A DNA stretch of 64,000 bases, taken from NCBI GenBank assembly GCA_951406725.2, contig OX597816.1, positions 44,144,001 through 44,208,000 of the forward strand, given 5' to 3'. This DNA is from Octopus vulgaris (lineage: Eukaryota). Below the pieces are notes generated by a model, which worked only from the letters and a program-made list of their open reading frames with translations, ran no database searches and was not told the origin of the DNA. The translations under genes and the position numbers were made by a program. Within the stretch, counting starts at the first letter, position 1. The number at the start of each line of letters is the position of its first letter. Shown here piece by piece: positions 1-14,717 of this stretch.

Positions 1-773
1 GTAGCATGATTTTGACGAAACATCAATAGGAATTATTTTGACCCTCATCAGCTCTAATCGAGCAGACACATGATCAAATTCGTTCCTGTTGTGATAATTT
101 CGTATTTTTTATAGTCGGCGATAGCATTGACTGAGGAGACGCAGTTCTATCGAAACGCTGGTTATATTAACTCCTCATATTCCAACGAATCGAGTGCTAT
201 GAACATAAATTTGTCTGGAACGAGAAGTTGTTCTATATTGACGAAACATAACACAAAAAAGATTTACATATTCATGTTCAAATCTGCTGGATTGTATTAG
301 GTATGAATACATAAGCCATCATTTTAATGATCGTCGATCATTGCACATATGAAAATTCATTTTCGATCGAAAGAAATCGGCATGCATCATTAAGTAATTC
401 CATTTCTGAAGTTAGATTCATTACCTTATGCAGCTTCGACTGAGGGGAAACAACGATATTGAAACACCGGGGCTCATGAAGAATGAACATTTAAGTCAAC
501 ATCGTTAGATATAATGCTGCATACTGAATATTTAAAATAAATTATGTTTTTTGTTTAGAAATTTCTGTCGGCTTAGTTCGAGACGCGTGTTCATAGTGAT
601 AAATTAGATGGTTATTGACAATTTGTCTATTTTCGGCATATTTGGCATTAGAATATTTTTCTTTTGCCCTCGTTTATAAGTTGTTTATAAATTTAACCTT
701 TAAAGGTATTTTTTAATATACTGGTCATTGATAAATTTTTTTTCGAAAACTTTTGTCCTATATTATATATATA

Positions 774-2182
774 CAGTTGCGGCCAAAATGTTCAGAACGA
801 AATTGTTTTCGTCAGAAAAGTAAGTATAAGTTTTTACCAAAGTAGTTTTATATTCTAGACATACAATATTAATTGTTATTGTCTGAGATTTTGGTGTAAT
901 TTGAGAGGATACTACAAAAGTTATGGATGATTTAGTGATTTACTGCAAAACCCATGGCGGCCAAAATGATCAGAACGGTTGAAAATATAAAAAAGATAAT
1001 CAAAAATTACAGAGAATACTGGAATTATTTAATATTTAGTGTGAAGCCCTTTAGCTTCAATCACACTCTGACATCTTCGACTGCATGAGGAAATTAAATT
1101 TTCAATTTCTTGCTGGGTTATCTTATTCCATTCTTCCTGAAGGGCTTTCCATAATTGCTCAGTTGTTGTAGGATTTCTGGCTTTCAAACGTTCTCCTAGA
1201 ATATTCCATACATTTTCAATAGGATTGAGATCTGGGCTTTGAGCAGGCCAATCCATAACAATAACCTTTTCAGCCTTGAGGAAGTTCATGACCACCTTAG
1301 CCTTGTGACATGGGGCATTGTCTTGCATGAATATGGGTGAATTTCTCAGCACAGGCAAGACATGATCTTTTACAAGTTGTTTATAAACTCCTGCATTTAC
1401 CTTTCCATGTAATCGCACCAAAGGGCCCACACCATCTCCAGATATCATCCCCCAAATCATGACACTTCCTCCACCGAATTTAACACTAGTCATAAGGCAT
1501 TTAGGTGACAATTTTTCACCTACTTTTCTACGAACGTACCTTTTCCCATCTGAGCCAAATAACATGAACTTAGATTCATCACTGAAATGCACCGTTTGCC
1601 ATTTTTCTTGAGACCACTACACATGTTTGGTTGCAAAGGTAAGACGACACTTTTTATTCTTGGAGCTGATCAGTGGCTTCACTGCAGGTACTCTTGCTTG
1701 TAGGTCATGTTCAACTAAACGACGAGACACAGGTTTTCGAGATAAATTTTTCTTCAATACAGTGCTCTTTTTCCGAGAAACAGCAGCAGCAGTTTTAAAT
1801 CTGTCCTTTTTAACCAACTTTACCATAGCACGATCTTCTCTCTTGGTCGTTTTTTCTTGGCCTACCTGTAAACTTTCTTGCTTCACACGAACCACAATCA
1901 TCGTAGACCTTAAGAATACCGTGTACAACACTTTTTGACTTGTTAACAATCTTTGCAATAGATCCAATACTTAAATTATCCTTCCTTCGAAGCTTAATAA
2001 TCTGCTGACGAATTGGTAACGGGGGTAAGTGGCATTATATTAACAAAGTACACTGCAAATATTCTTACTAACGTTTAGTAAACGAACCGTCACGTAAACA
2101 AATTCAAAACATTAGAGTTCGCCGGTTAAATATACTAAAACACGGAGTAAAAGCAACCGTTCTGATCATTTTGGCCGCCATG
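774..2182 (-). mobile_element. Tc1-family DNA transposon with IR/DR ends; upstream end truncated
   Basis: TA|CAGTTGCGGCCAAAATGTTCAGAACG at 774. Inner repeat CATGGCGGCCAAAATGATCAGAACGGTTG at 953-981 has its exact reverse complement at 2154-2182. A transposase lies between. Confidence 0.93.
1029..2035 (-). pseudogene. Tc1 DD34E transposase, disrupted
   Basis: Motifs FSDESKF, GGGSVMIWG, QDNAPCH and WPAQSPDLNPIENVW, with 34 residues between the second D and E. Probable ATG at 2035, frameshift near 1855, in-frame TAG at 1617-1619. Confidence 0.93.
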
Positions 2183-2253
2183 TGAATGGATTTGGTAGAT
2201 GGAAACGTAAAGAAGCCCATCCTATATATATGTATGTATTTCTGTGCATGTGT

Positions 2254-2307
<54 letters not shown>

Positions 2308-2477
2308 GTGTGTGTGTGTGTGAATCTATCCCTCTGCTATCGCTTGACTACCGATGCTGGTGTGTTTGTTCTCGTAACTTGGTGGTTCGGCGAAAGATAT
2401 CTATAGAATAAGTACTAAGCTTACAAAAATAAGTCCTCGGGGCGTTTTCTTGGCCGCAATCACATGACTGAATCAAT
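2183..2477 (+). mobile_element. SINE family A (tRNA/CORE-like), 5'-truncated
   Basis: Matches the body of the full copies at 26422 and 27298: GGATTTGGTAGAyGGAAAC, internal (TG)n, CCGATGCTGGTGTGTTT, GGTTCGGC, TAGAATAAGTAC. Confidence 0.85.
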
Positions 2478-2495
2478 TCAAAGAACAAATGAATG

Positions 2496-2885
<390 letters not shown>

Positions 2886-3767
2886 AATATATAGATAGGT
2901 AGACATTTTGAAAATTCGGTGATTTTTTTTGTTTAGTTTTTAGAAGTAGCAAAATATATAAAAGGCAAACAATTTCTAAATAGTAGTATTTTGCAGATTT
3001 CTTTGAAGTTAAGTATGTATATAGCTAGGTGCTAAGAAATGTATGTAACATAATTAATGGAACGTGCACAGTTTTTATATCTGAAGGTGAGTATTGAATG
3101 TTTGGAAACATACAAGATTAACTGCTGAAATAAACTTAGGGTGCCAGTAAGATGATGAATTAGTTTACTAATTAAGCAGAGCGGCTAATGTAAAAGAATA
3201 AGGTTGTCGTAGTATGCCTCGTATTATCAATGTTAAGTTTCGAGACTTGATCGATATCCCTGCAAGTAAACGTAATACAAAGTTGAATCGAAGATTAAAA
3301 TCGTGGAAAACAGCAAATACTATTGAAAACAAAATAGAAATACACATGAGATATTTAACAACTAATAAATAATGTTTCAAAGCTCTACTTAAAAACAAGC
3401 TGTTTTCTATACAGAAATATTCTTGTAATACAATGCGCTTATCCTATTTCCGGAAAATGTCACTATAATCTCTTTAAAAATTATTCAGAAACGTCACTGT
3501 AGGTGTCCTAAATTTTCATTGTTGTATCATCATTTGATTTATTTTCTTTCCTTTCTTTCCCTTTGCTCGCTTGCTTGCTTAATTTAATAAGCAATGATTT
3601 CAGTGTCTTCAATTAAGTAGAATTTTTTGTGTAACTTCAATCTTCTTAAAACTAGCGAAGAGTTCGATATATTAATCGCAATCTATTTATATGAGATTTG
3701 TTCATTTATATACAGGGAGAAAAACTTACACAAGTTTATCCACACATACATACGGATATAATCTCCC

Positions 3768-3827
<60 letters not shown>

Positions 3828-4152
3828 GCACAGGCATACAACCTGTCTCGGTAACCCGGAATTTTAAGGAATCTTCGTGTGATTCGGTAGATACCTGCTA
3901 AGATATCACCAACCAATTATAGAATGAAAAGCTAGGGAAGTTCCTTAAGTAATATCAGACGTTACATACACAAATTTGAGGGAGAGAGAGATGGGGTGGG
4001 GCACAAAGAAAAAGCTGTTTGAAATCATGTAAAATCGACATCACTACAGTGAAGCCAGCATATGCTTTCTGAAGCAACACAAATATTTGGGGTGGGTGCT
4101 TTGAAACAGTTTATTTAAAAGTAAATAAGGGTATATATATATATGTATATGC

Positions 4153-4186
<34 letters not shown>

Positions 4187-4234
4187 GCATGTACATATAT
4201 ATCAATTTAATATATATATGTGCATTTAAAGTTA

Positions 4235-4425
4235 ATCCGAACAAGAAAGCACAAAAAAAATCACAACAACGCGAGGACGTGGAACAAATATAGTATTATT
4301 GGACGCTCAGGAAAGAAGGAAAGAAGGAGGGTTTAACGTTTCGAGCGGAGCACGTCGTCGGAAACATAAGAGAAGGAAAGATCCAGAGAAGGGAAGACAG
4401 AGGGGAAAAAATCGCCAACGGTACA
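4235..4425 (-). mobile_element. Short PLE-like terminal fragment with degenerate minimal HHR (4331-4365)
   Basis: Minus strand GTTT-CCGACGA-C-GTGC TCC GCTC-GAAA-CG-TT-AAAC. Similar layout to the elements at 30640 and 57768. Confidence 0.55.
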
Positions 4426-5383
4426 CATATATATTAGCGTATAAACATGTGGCTGAATCTGTGTTTGCTTCGAGATATATCGTTCCAAAACAAGATTTCA
4501 CATTTTTTGGGAAGCTTATATTTTCTTATGACGTCAACAAAATAAACATTAATTTGTCGCTTTCAGATCCGGCTTCAGATGTAACACAGCGTAGACCAAA
4601 ATGCTCATTGTTGCATTTATTTACCTCTCTTCAGTTCCTTCTTCAATTGCCATTGTATACGACCTTGTCTTTCATCCTCCTGCAATCGATAAAACAAGCA
4701 GCATTGGCTAATAATACAAGAAGAAGTTTCCATTAAGAATTTGGGGGCCATTGTGTTGTTAAGTAATGTATGAAATCATTACATTGATATTTATAACTAT
4801 GGCGCCTTACACACACAGCTTGAATAAGAACAACAGTCTTGTCATGACTGGTTCTGCAATATTTCTATCTCTCACGGAGTTCCGTACTTAATAATGAAAA
4901 AACTAAAATAAAAGCAAAACGAAAAAAAAAAAAAAAAAAACTAAAATAATATATATTTACCATGTCTCATTACACAAAATATCCTCCAGCTATTTACTTA
5001 CAATCTAACGTGCACGGGAACATTAGTAAAAAATACTAGCGCTGTTACTTGGTTTCTGTAATTATTTAGCCAATCCTCGTCTGTTTCAGTAGTACAAGTA
5101 TTGGAATGCAACGCTCCACTTTGCCTGTTCTTTTATTTCTTCATTTATTTTCATAGTTTAGTGGTTGAAGTCTGAAATATTGTTCTACGTGTATTCTCTC
5201 ACGGTATCATATACAGCCCTGATATAGACAGGGTCAGACTATTGAAACTAGATAATGTCATACTGCTGTCACAATATATGTCGTTGTTCTGAGCAGCTAT
5301 CATTTGATAAAGTTGACAATGTTGTTATGTCAAAGGGTTCAAATAGACTGAAAATAAAAACAAAATTTCTCCACCTCCGCCAC

Positions 5384-5444
<61 letters not shown>

Positions 5445-5680
5445 ACTCTCACTCTCTTACTCACTCAGTCTCTCTTACATTCGCTTTGCGCATATACAAA
5501 ACACTTTTATTCTCTCTCGCATACACGTACAGAAACCCCAACATCTTCTCTCACTCACACGTACAAACGCAGACATCTACTGCATATATAATATTTCAAT
5601 TCATCTGTGTATATATATATATATATATACTCGTGCAAAAACATATTCACGCTCTCAAGTTTGTATTTTCAAATAACTAC

Positions 5681-5768
<88 letters not shown>

Positions 5769-5917
5769 ATGTCTGTCTGTCTGTGTCTCTGCCTATCTGC
5801 CTTTCTGTTTATGTATCTATTTATTTATTTATCGATCAATCGATTGATCAACCTATCTATCTCAAACATCTCCACTTCTCTCCCCATACACCCCATCTAT
5901 CTCTCTCGCTATATATA

Positions 5918-5977
<60 letters not shown>

Positions 5978-6146
5978 TATATATGTGTGTATGTACCTAT
6001 GTATGTATGTGCGCATGTATGTTAGTGTGTGTGTGTATGCACACGCGGGGCCGGGCACATACTAACGAACAGACATACACACACGTTCACAAACACATTC
6101 ACGGACACACGCACACATATATTCACAATGCGCGTGCGCACACATA

Positions 6147-6186
<40 letters not shown>

Positions 6187-6857
6187 AATACGAACATACA
6201 AACAAAGACACATACACACATATATACACATACAAATACAAAAATTGAAATGTACCGAATTTGGAGCCGAGGACACACACAATGTTTATGCCTACCTATG
6301 AATATCATCACTCGCATACACACACAGAAAAACATATATACACATACACACACACACACACACTCATTCATATGCACGAACGTACGCTTACACAAATAAA
6401 TATAAGTCTCCTATTTTTTTTCAATTATTGCGTTGTTTTCTCATAATGTAAAACGTGTTGTCGATTCTATCAATAAAATAATATGGGCTATGATGTTTAG
6501 AACATGTTGCAGTTTGCTTTTGGAACCTTAAATATGATAACAAATAATGTGTGGAGAATATGCCTATTGAGATTCCGAGTCTATTGTATTATGTAATATA
6601 TTTGTTTTACTGCAGGTGCGCTCAGAAAGAGTATATTTTCAATATTTCTTATATAATGTTGTTTTTCCAAATATCAACGTTAAAACAACATACATACATG
6701 CATGCATACATATGTATATATATATTTATGTTTGTATTTATATATAAACACAATATAGATATATAGACACATGGATATATACATACACTTACACAGACAC
6801 ACACATATGTGTATAATGTATAAATATTTATATATGTTTATATACACAACATATATA

Positions 6858-7060
6858 GGGGCAGGCGTGGCTGTGTGGTAAGAAGCTCGCTTTCCAGCCA
6901 CTTGGTTGCGGGTTCAGTCCTACTGCTTGGCACCTTGGGTAAGTGTCTTCTACTATAGCCTCGGCCTTCCAACGCCTTGTGACTGGACTTGATAGACGGA
7001 AACTCAAAGAAGCCGTCGTATCTATATATATAAAACTGAGAATGTGTCTCTGTCTGTGTG
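6858..7060 (+). mobile_element. SINE family A, 5' half
   Basis: A-box-like GTGGCTGTGTGGTAAG, B-box-like GGGTTCAGTCC, CORE-like GGCACCTTGGGTAAGTGTCTT. Confidence 0.88.
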
Positions 7061-7289
7061 ACTGTATGTGTGCATCACTAAAACTCGAGAAATATCCATT
7101 CAAATTTTACACATACCTTACTTCGTGTCCATGCAGTATCATGGGCCAAAATAAGTTCCAACGTTCTGCCTAATGCGAGCCTGGAGCAATCTCTTACCTC
7201 TTACACTATTTCAGTAGTACGTGTCAAAAGTGAAACAATAACATCTTTATTCTAATGTGAGATAATACTTTCAGTATGTACATAATATA

Positions 7290-8720
7290 CATATTGAAAC
7301 TGTTATCTCTATCCTTCAGTTGCTTATTCAGCCGCTTTGAGATCTTTGACCTGTGTCTCATGAGGACTTTTCTGTCCCTGGGAATCTTTTTTGACAATGT
7401 GCTGGTCTTTCTTTCTGGGATAGATTTAGTGCATATAGCTTGCACTGCTGACATAAATTGGCTGAGTTTCAGATCAGTGTCTTGCATACGCAGAATATTG
7501 GACCAGTTTCGTTTGTGCCTCTCTTTGCGGATTGATTCCCATTTTGCCTTATGAAATTCAGGTTGGACAAGGCTTGAGTCCTCCTGATAGGGTAGATCCC
7601 AAAAGTTCGCACAGGACCATACATAGTTCAACAATGTTCTTTTCTGAGACTGCCGTTGATGTCACCTTCTCATTATAGTTAAGGTATACATTATTTGTGA
7701 ATCATTAGTTCAATATGTTGTTTCCCTTGGTTGGCCTGAGTGTCACTTGCTCCAAGCTTATTAGTAAGTTCAAACAATGACACTACAGGCTTTTATTCAT
7801 GCAGTAACATCCCAGAGAGGATGTGGCCTTCTGGAAATTTAACATGTGGGAGGTTGAAATCATCCAGGAAGTGTATGTTGATGTTCTGGTCTAGGTTTGT
7901 TAATATATCTTCGATGTGCTTGAGGGTATCCTTAAATTTTCCGTCACATTTCGTGGTATTCGGCGGAACATATATTGTGCATACAGCTACATCAGCTTGC
8001 TTTATATGTATTATTGAGGTGTTGCAAACTGAGTTTGAATGTGATAGTAATACAAGAGGTGTGACGTCTTCACGGATGTACATAGTAATTCCACCGTAGC
8101 TTCTTTCTGTACGAAATACAGCACACCCTGGTATATGCACTTCCGCATCTGTTACATCAGGAGCTAGATGCTCCCTCAGAAAGGTTATGTAAGCGTGCAC
8201 GATCATGTTAACACCGTCCAACACTTTCAAAGTACCGACCATAATACCTCCAGTAATACTTGCCCAAATCTTGATGCATCCTTCCCCTATATCGGAGCCT
8301 CAAGTGTTGATGGCTATCTCGTCCATTTACAGCTCATCCCTCGCTCCAACCATCAGGTCCATCAAGGGTAGCACAAGTTTCATTCATAAACAAAAGTTTA
8401 GAAAAATCGACTATCATGATATCTTCTACTCATTTGAAACGATTTTGTATGTGTATTTTGCATACAGTAGGCCTTTTAGCAGATGTCACTGGTTTACCGA
8501 CCTTTTACCGAAGATGACATCGGGTAGTTCTGGGCATAGTTCTTTCGCCAATGCGCATGAGAAGTTTACCACAAAGAACGTTGAGAAACAGCCTTGTTAC
8601 ATATCTTCGTAGGAGCTGCAACATTTTTTTTTCACAGTTTGGTTTATATCTTCCAAATATTTTAGATATTCCTAATGTTGATTTCCTTTTGCATGTTCAG
8701 AAATAATTACAGATTTCTCT
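7290..8720 (-). mobile_element. Decayed CR1/L2-group LINE fragment (APE endonuclease region)
   Basis: ORF 7793-8242 carries degraded APE motifs: DAEVHIPG.AVFR.ER..GG..MYIR, IYVPP (IYRPP) and DDFNLP (GDFNLP). The downstream ORF 7224-7634 resembles the EN-RT linker. Confidence 0.8.
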
Positions 8721-9283
8721 GAAGCAGTTAAGACACATTTACGACCCATAATTACGCGATGATAAGAACACTCGTCAATAATTTGGAACACTGAAGGTTC
8801 ATGGAAATTAGGCAAATGGCCGCGGTTTGTGTACACTTACGCAAAATCGCACTTTCTTTAAAAACCAAGCGTATATAATTTTTGCTATCATTCTGTGGAA
8901 ATTTCGTTGAATTCTGAAGAGTACATTTTAAATAAAATATTAAAAAATGTTACGTCTTAAATAATTCGGTGTATGTGTGTGTATACCTATATATTATATA
9001 TACACATATATACGTTCATACATACATACATGCATACAAATATGTATATATATGGGAGTGTGTGTGAGTGTGTGTGCGTGTGTGTGTGTGTATTTTCAAT
9101 GTGTACAAATAACACGGAAAAAGTAAATAAATAGTTACCAGGGTAGCAAAAAATTCACTTAAGTATCAGAGATGTTACAGCCTACTTATAAAGTTAGAAA
9201 TTCCAGGGTTTAGTAATATGTTTTTGTATGACAAATAAATAAAGAAATGGAGTTAAACGCAGGTGTTATTCGAATCTTTATAC

Positions 9284-9371
9284 TTCCGACATATGCTTCG
9301 AAAAAAAACCATTGCTATTATTCCAGAGGGAATAAAACGCTGTAAAACAATGCGATCTACTCATCAGGGAA
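9284..9371 (-). ncRNA. Type I hammerhead ribozyme motif, long stem II, GAAA mutated to GAAG
   Basis: Minus strand TTCC-CTGATGA-G...(TTATTCC/GGAATAA hairpin, CATTG/CAATG)...C-GAAG-CATATG-TC-GGAA. Stem III is palindromic. Lies in an ~470-bp element (~9095-9565) next to (TA)n. Confidence 0.7.
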
Positions 9372-9561
9372 AAAAGTGACAAACAAAACAAATCAATAAA
9401 CCATTTTAACCGAATGTGAATTTAACCGAAATTATATTTAACGTCAAATGCAATTTACAGACAGAGAAGCAGGAGACAGAAAGAAACTAGCAGAAAACCA
9501 AGAATGGAGAAATGTAGTGTGATAAATAAACGGGATTATAGTTTAAAGACGTGGAAACATA

Positions 9562-9606
<45 letters not shown>

Positions 9607-9691
9607 GCAGAGATTTGAAAAGTTAAGATCTGCTAGTAGTCGGGTTTAACATATAGCCCCACATCGCTGCAGACCTCGATTAAATTCAGGC

Positions 9692-9767
9692 GACTCGCTG
9701 ATGAAGCCAGCCTTAGCAAACATATTCTGTGTTTTGCTAGAAAGAAGCAGAAACCGCGGTACGAGTT
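9692..9767 (+). ncRNA. Type I hammerhead ribozyme motif, long stem II
   Basis: GACTCG-CTGATGA-A-GC...TAGCAAACA/TGTTTTGCTA...GC-A-GAAA-CCGCGG-TA-CGAGTT. Six-bp stem I, palindromic stem III, GUA cleavage triplet. Lies in an element at ~9601-9978 flanked by (TA)n on both sides. Confidence 0.82.
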
Positions 9768-9975
9768 GTTAAAATTATCGGTAAACGTTTTTGATTTTCA
9801 CTCTCGATAAATTCATCCCCTTTTTGTGTTCCCAGCACTCGGCATCTTTATTTAGGAGCCCTTAATTGTATAACCACATGAATAATATTTTTCTATATGA
9901 ATAATATTTTTGTCTTATGACTAATTCGTCTTTTGTGCTGGGCGCCTGGTAGTAAATAATATTACTACCCTTCTT

Positions 9976-10048
<73 letters not shown>

Positions 10049-10088
10049 TGTATATATATATATATAATTATATATATATATATGTATG

Positions 10089-10138
<50 letters not shown>

Positions 10139-10144
10139 TATATG

Positions 10145-10184
<40 letters not shown>

Positions 10185-10454
10185 ATGGCAAACTAAAGTG
10201 ATGGTAATATGGTGTATGTGATTTATTGGTTAGATATACCCAGCCTTAAATATAATAACTGTTTTAACACACGATCTCACATCAAGAATCTAGCCTAATG
10301 AGTAAATGTATGTATGTGTATGGGTGTGTGTATAGAGGTGCTCCAGCATGACCACAATGAAATCACCGGAACACGTAACAGGATACATATATATACGGTT
10401 ATGTAAACAAAACAAATATAACTGAAAGCATGAGTATGTGTATATTCTGCAAAA

Positions 10455-10506
<52 letters not shown>

Positions 10507-13029
10507 CGTGTGCGTGCGTGCACATGTGTGTGTGCATGCATGTGTCGTTGAATACTCGAAATGACGAGTAGGTCGACAGCCCACAAATGATGAAATTCCG
10601 TTCTCCGTACAACTTATCCTGTTTTCCCTTTTCCTCTCGCTTTTTGCGCGTTTAACTCTTTTTATTTTCGTACTTCATGTTGTTTACACAGTTGGTGACG
10701 TCCTGTACCCATATATACATATATGTGCGTGCGCGTGTGTCTGTATGTGTGTGTGGATCAAAACAGTTTCATTCAAATTCGTTGGCAGTCCAAGAGTTTC
10801 AAGCGATATGCCCACATACACATATGTACAGAAGCGCACGCTCATACCATGCAGACATGTACGGAAAACCAGATGAGCGCGTCCACGTACCCACATATAC
10901 AACTATATACTTGCGCAAATTGCATTAAATTGAAAGCAAAGCCAACTAATTAAAATTAAGGCTTGAAATGCGTACGAATAGATCTCTGACTATCGTGTAC
11001 TCCTGTTCAATCATATATCCATCGACGCAAGCAAATATCAATACTTGAAATGGCCCATACATTTATACACATATATTCACAGGCCTGTGTACACAGACAT
11101 ATACAAATACTTGCAATAGCATATATATTGCAAGTATTTTGTTCCATAGAGTGTTCTTCAGCTTTGAATTATGTCTCCTATAGATGCACCATACATATAG
11201 ACATTAGGTTTCAGTGTCTTTAATGAAGTTTTACGGTAATGCATTATCTAATATCGAAGTCGTAAATCAATATTTTGTACATTCTTTAATAGTTTATTGA
11301 TTTCATATGCTATAGACGAACATGGCCGTAGATTGGGTACCATGTGCATATCGGTTGTGGCGTGTTCGCAACAAATTTTCACACCTTTGCTACTATTTCC
11401 TTCATAAAATAATTCGTCAAACAAGGTATGGACCCTTCATCAGTTTCCAGGTTCGTGTGACAATCCATTATTATTATTCATATCCCGACAAGTTGTTTGA
11501 TTTACGAATATCATAAGTGGAGTGATGATCGTATTAAATTACATGTATAAGCAGAGAATGTACTTGCGTCTCATATGAGAGAATAAATTCGGGCTATTTG
11601 TCTTGTCACGATTGTATACCGGTGGAAGTCATAGAAAGTGTTTGCAACGTTGCCGCTGTATATTGACTAACTTCACTCTGAATCCTAGGTAACGTGGTGG
11701 GTATTCAGTTTCAACTTAACCGTCACAGGGAATGAGAACAAAATAGCCTTGTAATCATATATTCTTGTAGCGATACGAAGAACCTCCTTAACTTCCACTT
11801 CCGAGTGTAAACTAAGAAGTAAGCATAAATATGGAACACATGGCTGGTGGTTGCATGCTAATTTTAATTTTTTTAATTTTTTTTTCTTTTTTTCAGATCC
11901 GCAACATCTCGGTAGTTTATCTGTTTGGTCTAAGATCATATCGAGCTGTGACAAGTGAGGCAGAATGGCGGAATCATTGGAGTGTCGAACAAAATGTATT
12001 GTGGTTTTTAATTATGGCTCCTTACATTCTGAGTTCAAATCTCGCTTAGGTCTACTGACTGGTTCCATCAAATATATTTTCAATGAAGTACGGATGACAA
12101 TTTAATCACCAAAACCTCGCTTCTAAATATTAGGCCTTATGCTTGTATTACAAATATTATTTGAGCTGTGATAGATATCAAATTCCGTGTAACTGGAATT
12201 CGCCTTTTATTATTCAGGGTATTTATAACATAAAACTTTTAATGACATTATTGGCTGAATCTAATCCACTCAAGCAACAATCGCAAACTATAGCAAAAAC
12301 GTATGATCTTGTCCCTTTGACTAAAAATCATTATTCGAGTTGTGAGTAAAATAAGATTCTTACTATTTAGATATACACAAACTTATTTTCCAACAAACTC
12401 CGAATCTCTTCTGTTTAATAGAAAACATTGATCTAACGTTAGCTATATTTTATTTTCGTATATCTTTTTTTTTTTGTTTCACAAAGATCTTCCGTTTTTT
12501 TTTCTCTTTTATTCTTTTTTATCTTTTGTTTATATTCGTTATTCATAATATAAAGTTTTACTAAAATGGCAGTTCTCCGTTTTGATTAGAAGTTACCTTA
12601 AACCATACTCTTTATCCAGGTCACGGTTATTTCTACTTTATCACAAAAGAAACTCTGGAAAAAGTCCAAACTTTTGCTTCTGTAATAAAAGCAAACAGCG
12701 GCCATAAACACTGAATGACACACTCTCTACGTTTAGGCCATTAGAATTTGTTAGTATGGCGCTATCATGTCGAAGCTTTCTCATAGATCAAAACCGCATT
12801 TATTCATGCATATATTTATGTGCGGAGACAGCAGTCGTATATTAGACGGACAGCAGATTCATATTTATATTAGACTCTCATATAAAAGAAAATAAAAACA
12901 CACAAACAAAAGAAGCGTTCAGACACTAAATAACGCGTTTGTTCTTATATATATTAAGTAGAAGTTGTCGTGCGTGTATGTTTGTGCGCATGTATGTACT
13001 TATGTATATGGGTTTATAATCTCCCTCTC

Positions 13030-13074
<45 letters not shown>

Positions 13075-13076
<2 letters not shown>

Positions 13077-13120
13077 TTTGCTCTTGTTTCTGGAGACATT
13101 CACTTTCGAACGGTTTCGTG

Positions 13121-13157
<37 letters not shown>

Positions 13158-13215
13158 GTATGTATATGTAAATATTTATATATATATATATATGTATGTA
13201 TATATATATATATTT

Positions 13216-13305
<90 letters not shown>

Positions 13306-13347
13306 GAGAGCGTTCGAAAGTGGATGTCTCCAGGAAAAGAGCAAACG
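13075..13347. repeat. ~45-bp imperfect inverted repeat enclosing a (TA)/(CA) microsatellite
   Basis: CGTTTGCTCTT...TTCGAACGGTTTCGT (13075-13119) versus ACGAGAGCGTTCGAA...AAGAGCAAACG (13304-13347). Confidence 0.9.
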
Positions 13348-14015
13348 AGATTTAGACTAACCACAGCAAGTACCTCAAGAAGAAGCATCTCTAATTACTG
13401 TTTATTTATCTATATTCATTGCTTATTGATTAATTAGTTTATTCATTTACGTATTTAATTCATCGATGGTGGTAACAGCAAGCCACAGATTTTTTTCCTT
13501 ATATAGACCTTCGCTATTACCTACTTAATCACACACCCTCCTACACAAATACACACTGAAAATACACAGATACACACACGTATGTATGTATTATGTATAT
13601 ATTGTGTATATGTATATTTGCATGTATGTATGCGTGTATGTATTGTATTTTATGTGTGTATGGAACTGTTGTGGTGCCATAGAGCAACATGGCTTGTAGA
13701 CTGTATATGTATATTTCATTGATAACAGAGAGATTGATTACTATAATCTCCTCTAAGCTACATATCGTCATTTAAACATCAAGACGTAGAAAAAAAAGCT
13801 ATTTTTTCTTACAGATATGTGTATAAATATACACAAATCTTCATATATTCACAACCACACACTTATATATGCACTCACATACACATATATACACATATAT
13901 ACATGCAAAGATTTATACTAAATATCCACAAAGTACATAGATACAATCACACATAGACACACAAACACACATGCATACATACAAACATACACACACATAT
14001 ATACACACATGTATG

Positions 14016-14050
<35 letters not shown>

Positions 14051-14232
14051 ATATATGTATATGTATATACATACATGCAAACATATTTGCACATGTATAG
14101 ATATATATATACATAAATTCATATGTATATATAATAATAGATACATAATGATATATACACCACAAACACATATATATATATATATAATTACATTATACAT
14201 ATACACATATATAGATACTACATATATATGTA

Positions 14233-14330
<98 letters not shown>

Positions 14331-14717
14331 ATGTATATATATATATATATATATACTTCTAGAGAGGGAGAGAGAAAGGGTATGTACACATATATAGGAG
14401 CGCGCACACATACACACGAAGGCAGATATGAATAACTGTTATATCGCTATTATATTCCAGAGAAACATAAAACACCTCATATATTGTTTGGTTTCCGAAG
14501 ATAACCAAATGATGTATTCGAGAATGGCAGACGCCCAGCTATTTAAGTATTCTTTAATTGGTCCAGCTGGCATTTATCGTACCGTTTTGTCTAAGTGCTT
14601 CGGGGATTTCCTAAATCTTTATGTTGAAACTTCTCTTCTGAATGGTAAACGGAACTTTGCTTGGGCACTGTGTGAGCGAATTTTTCTGAGAAACGAAAGA
14701 ACACTTCAGGGCGTAAA

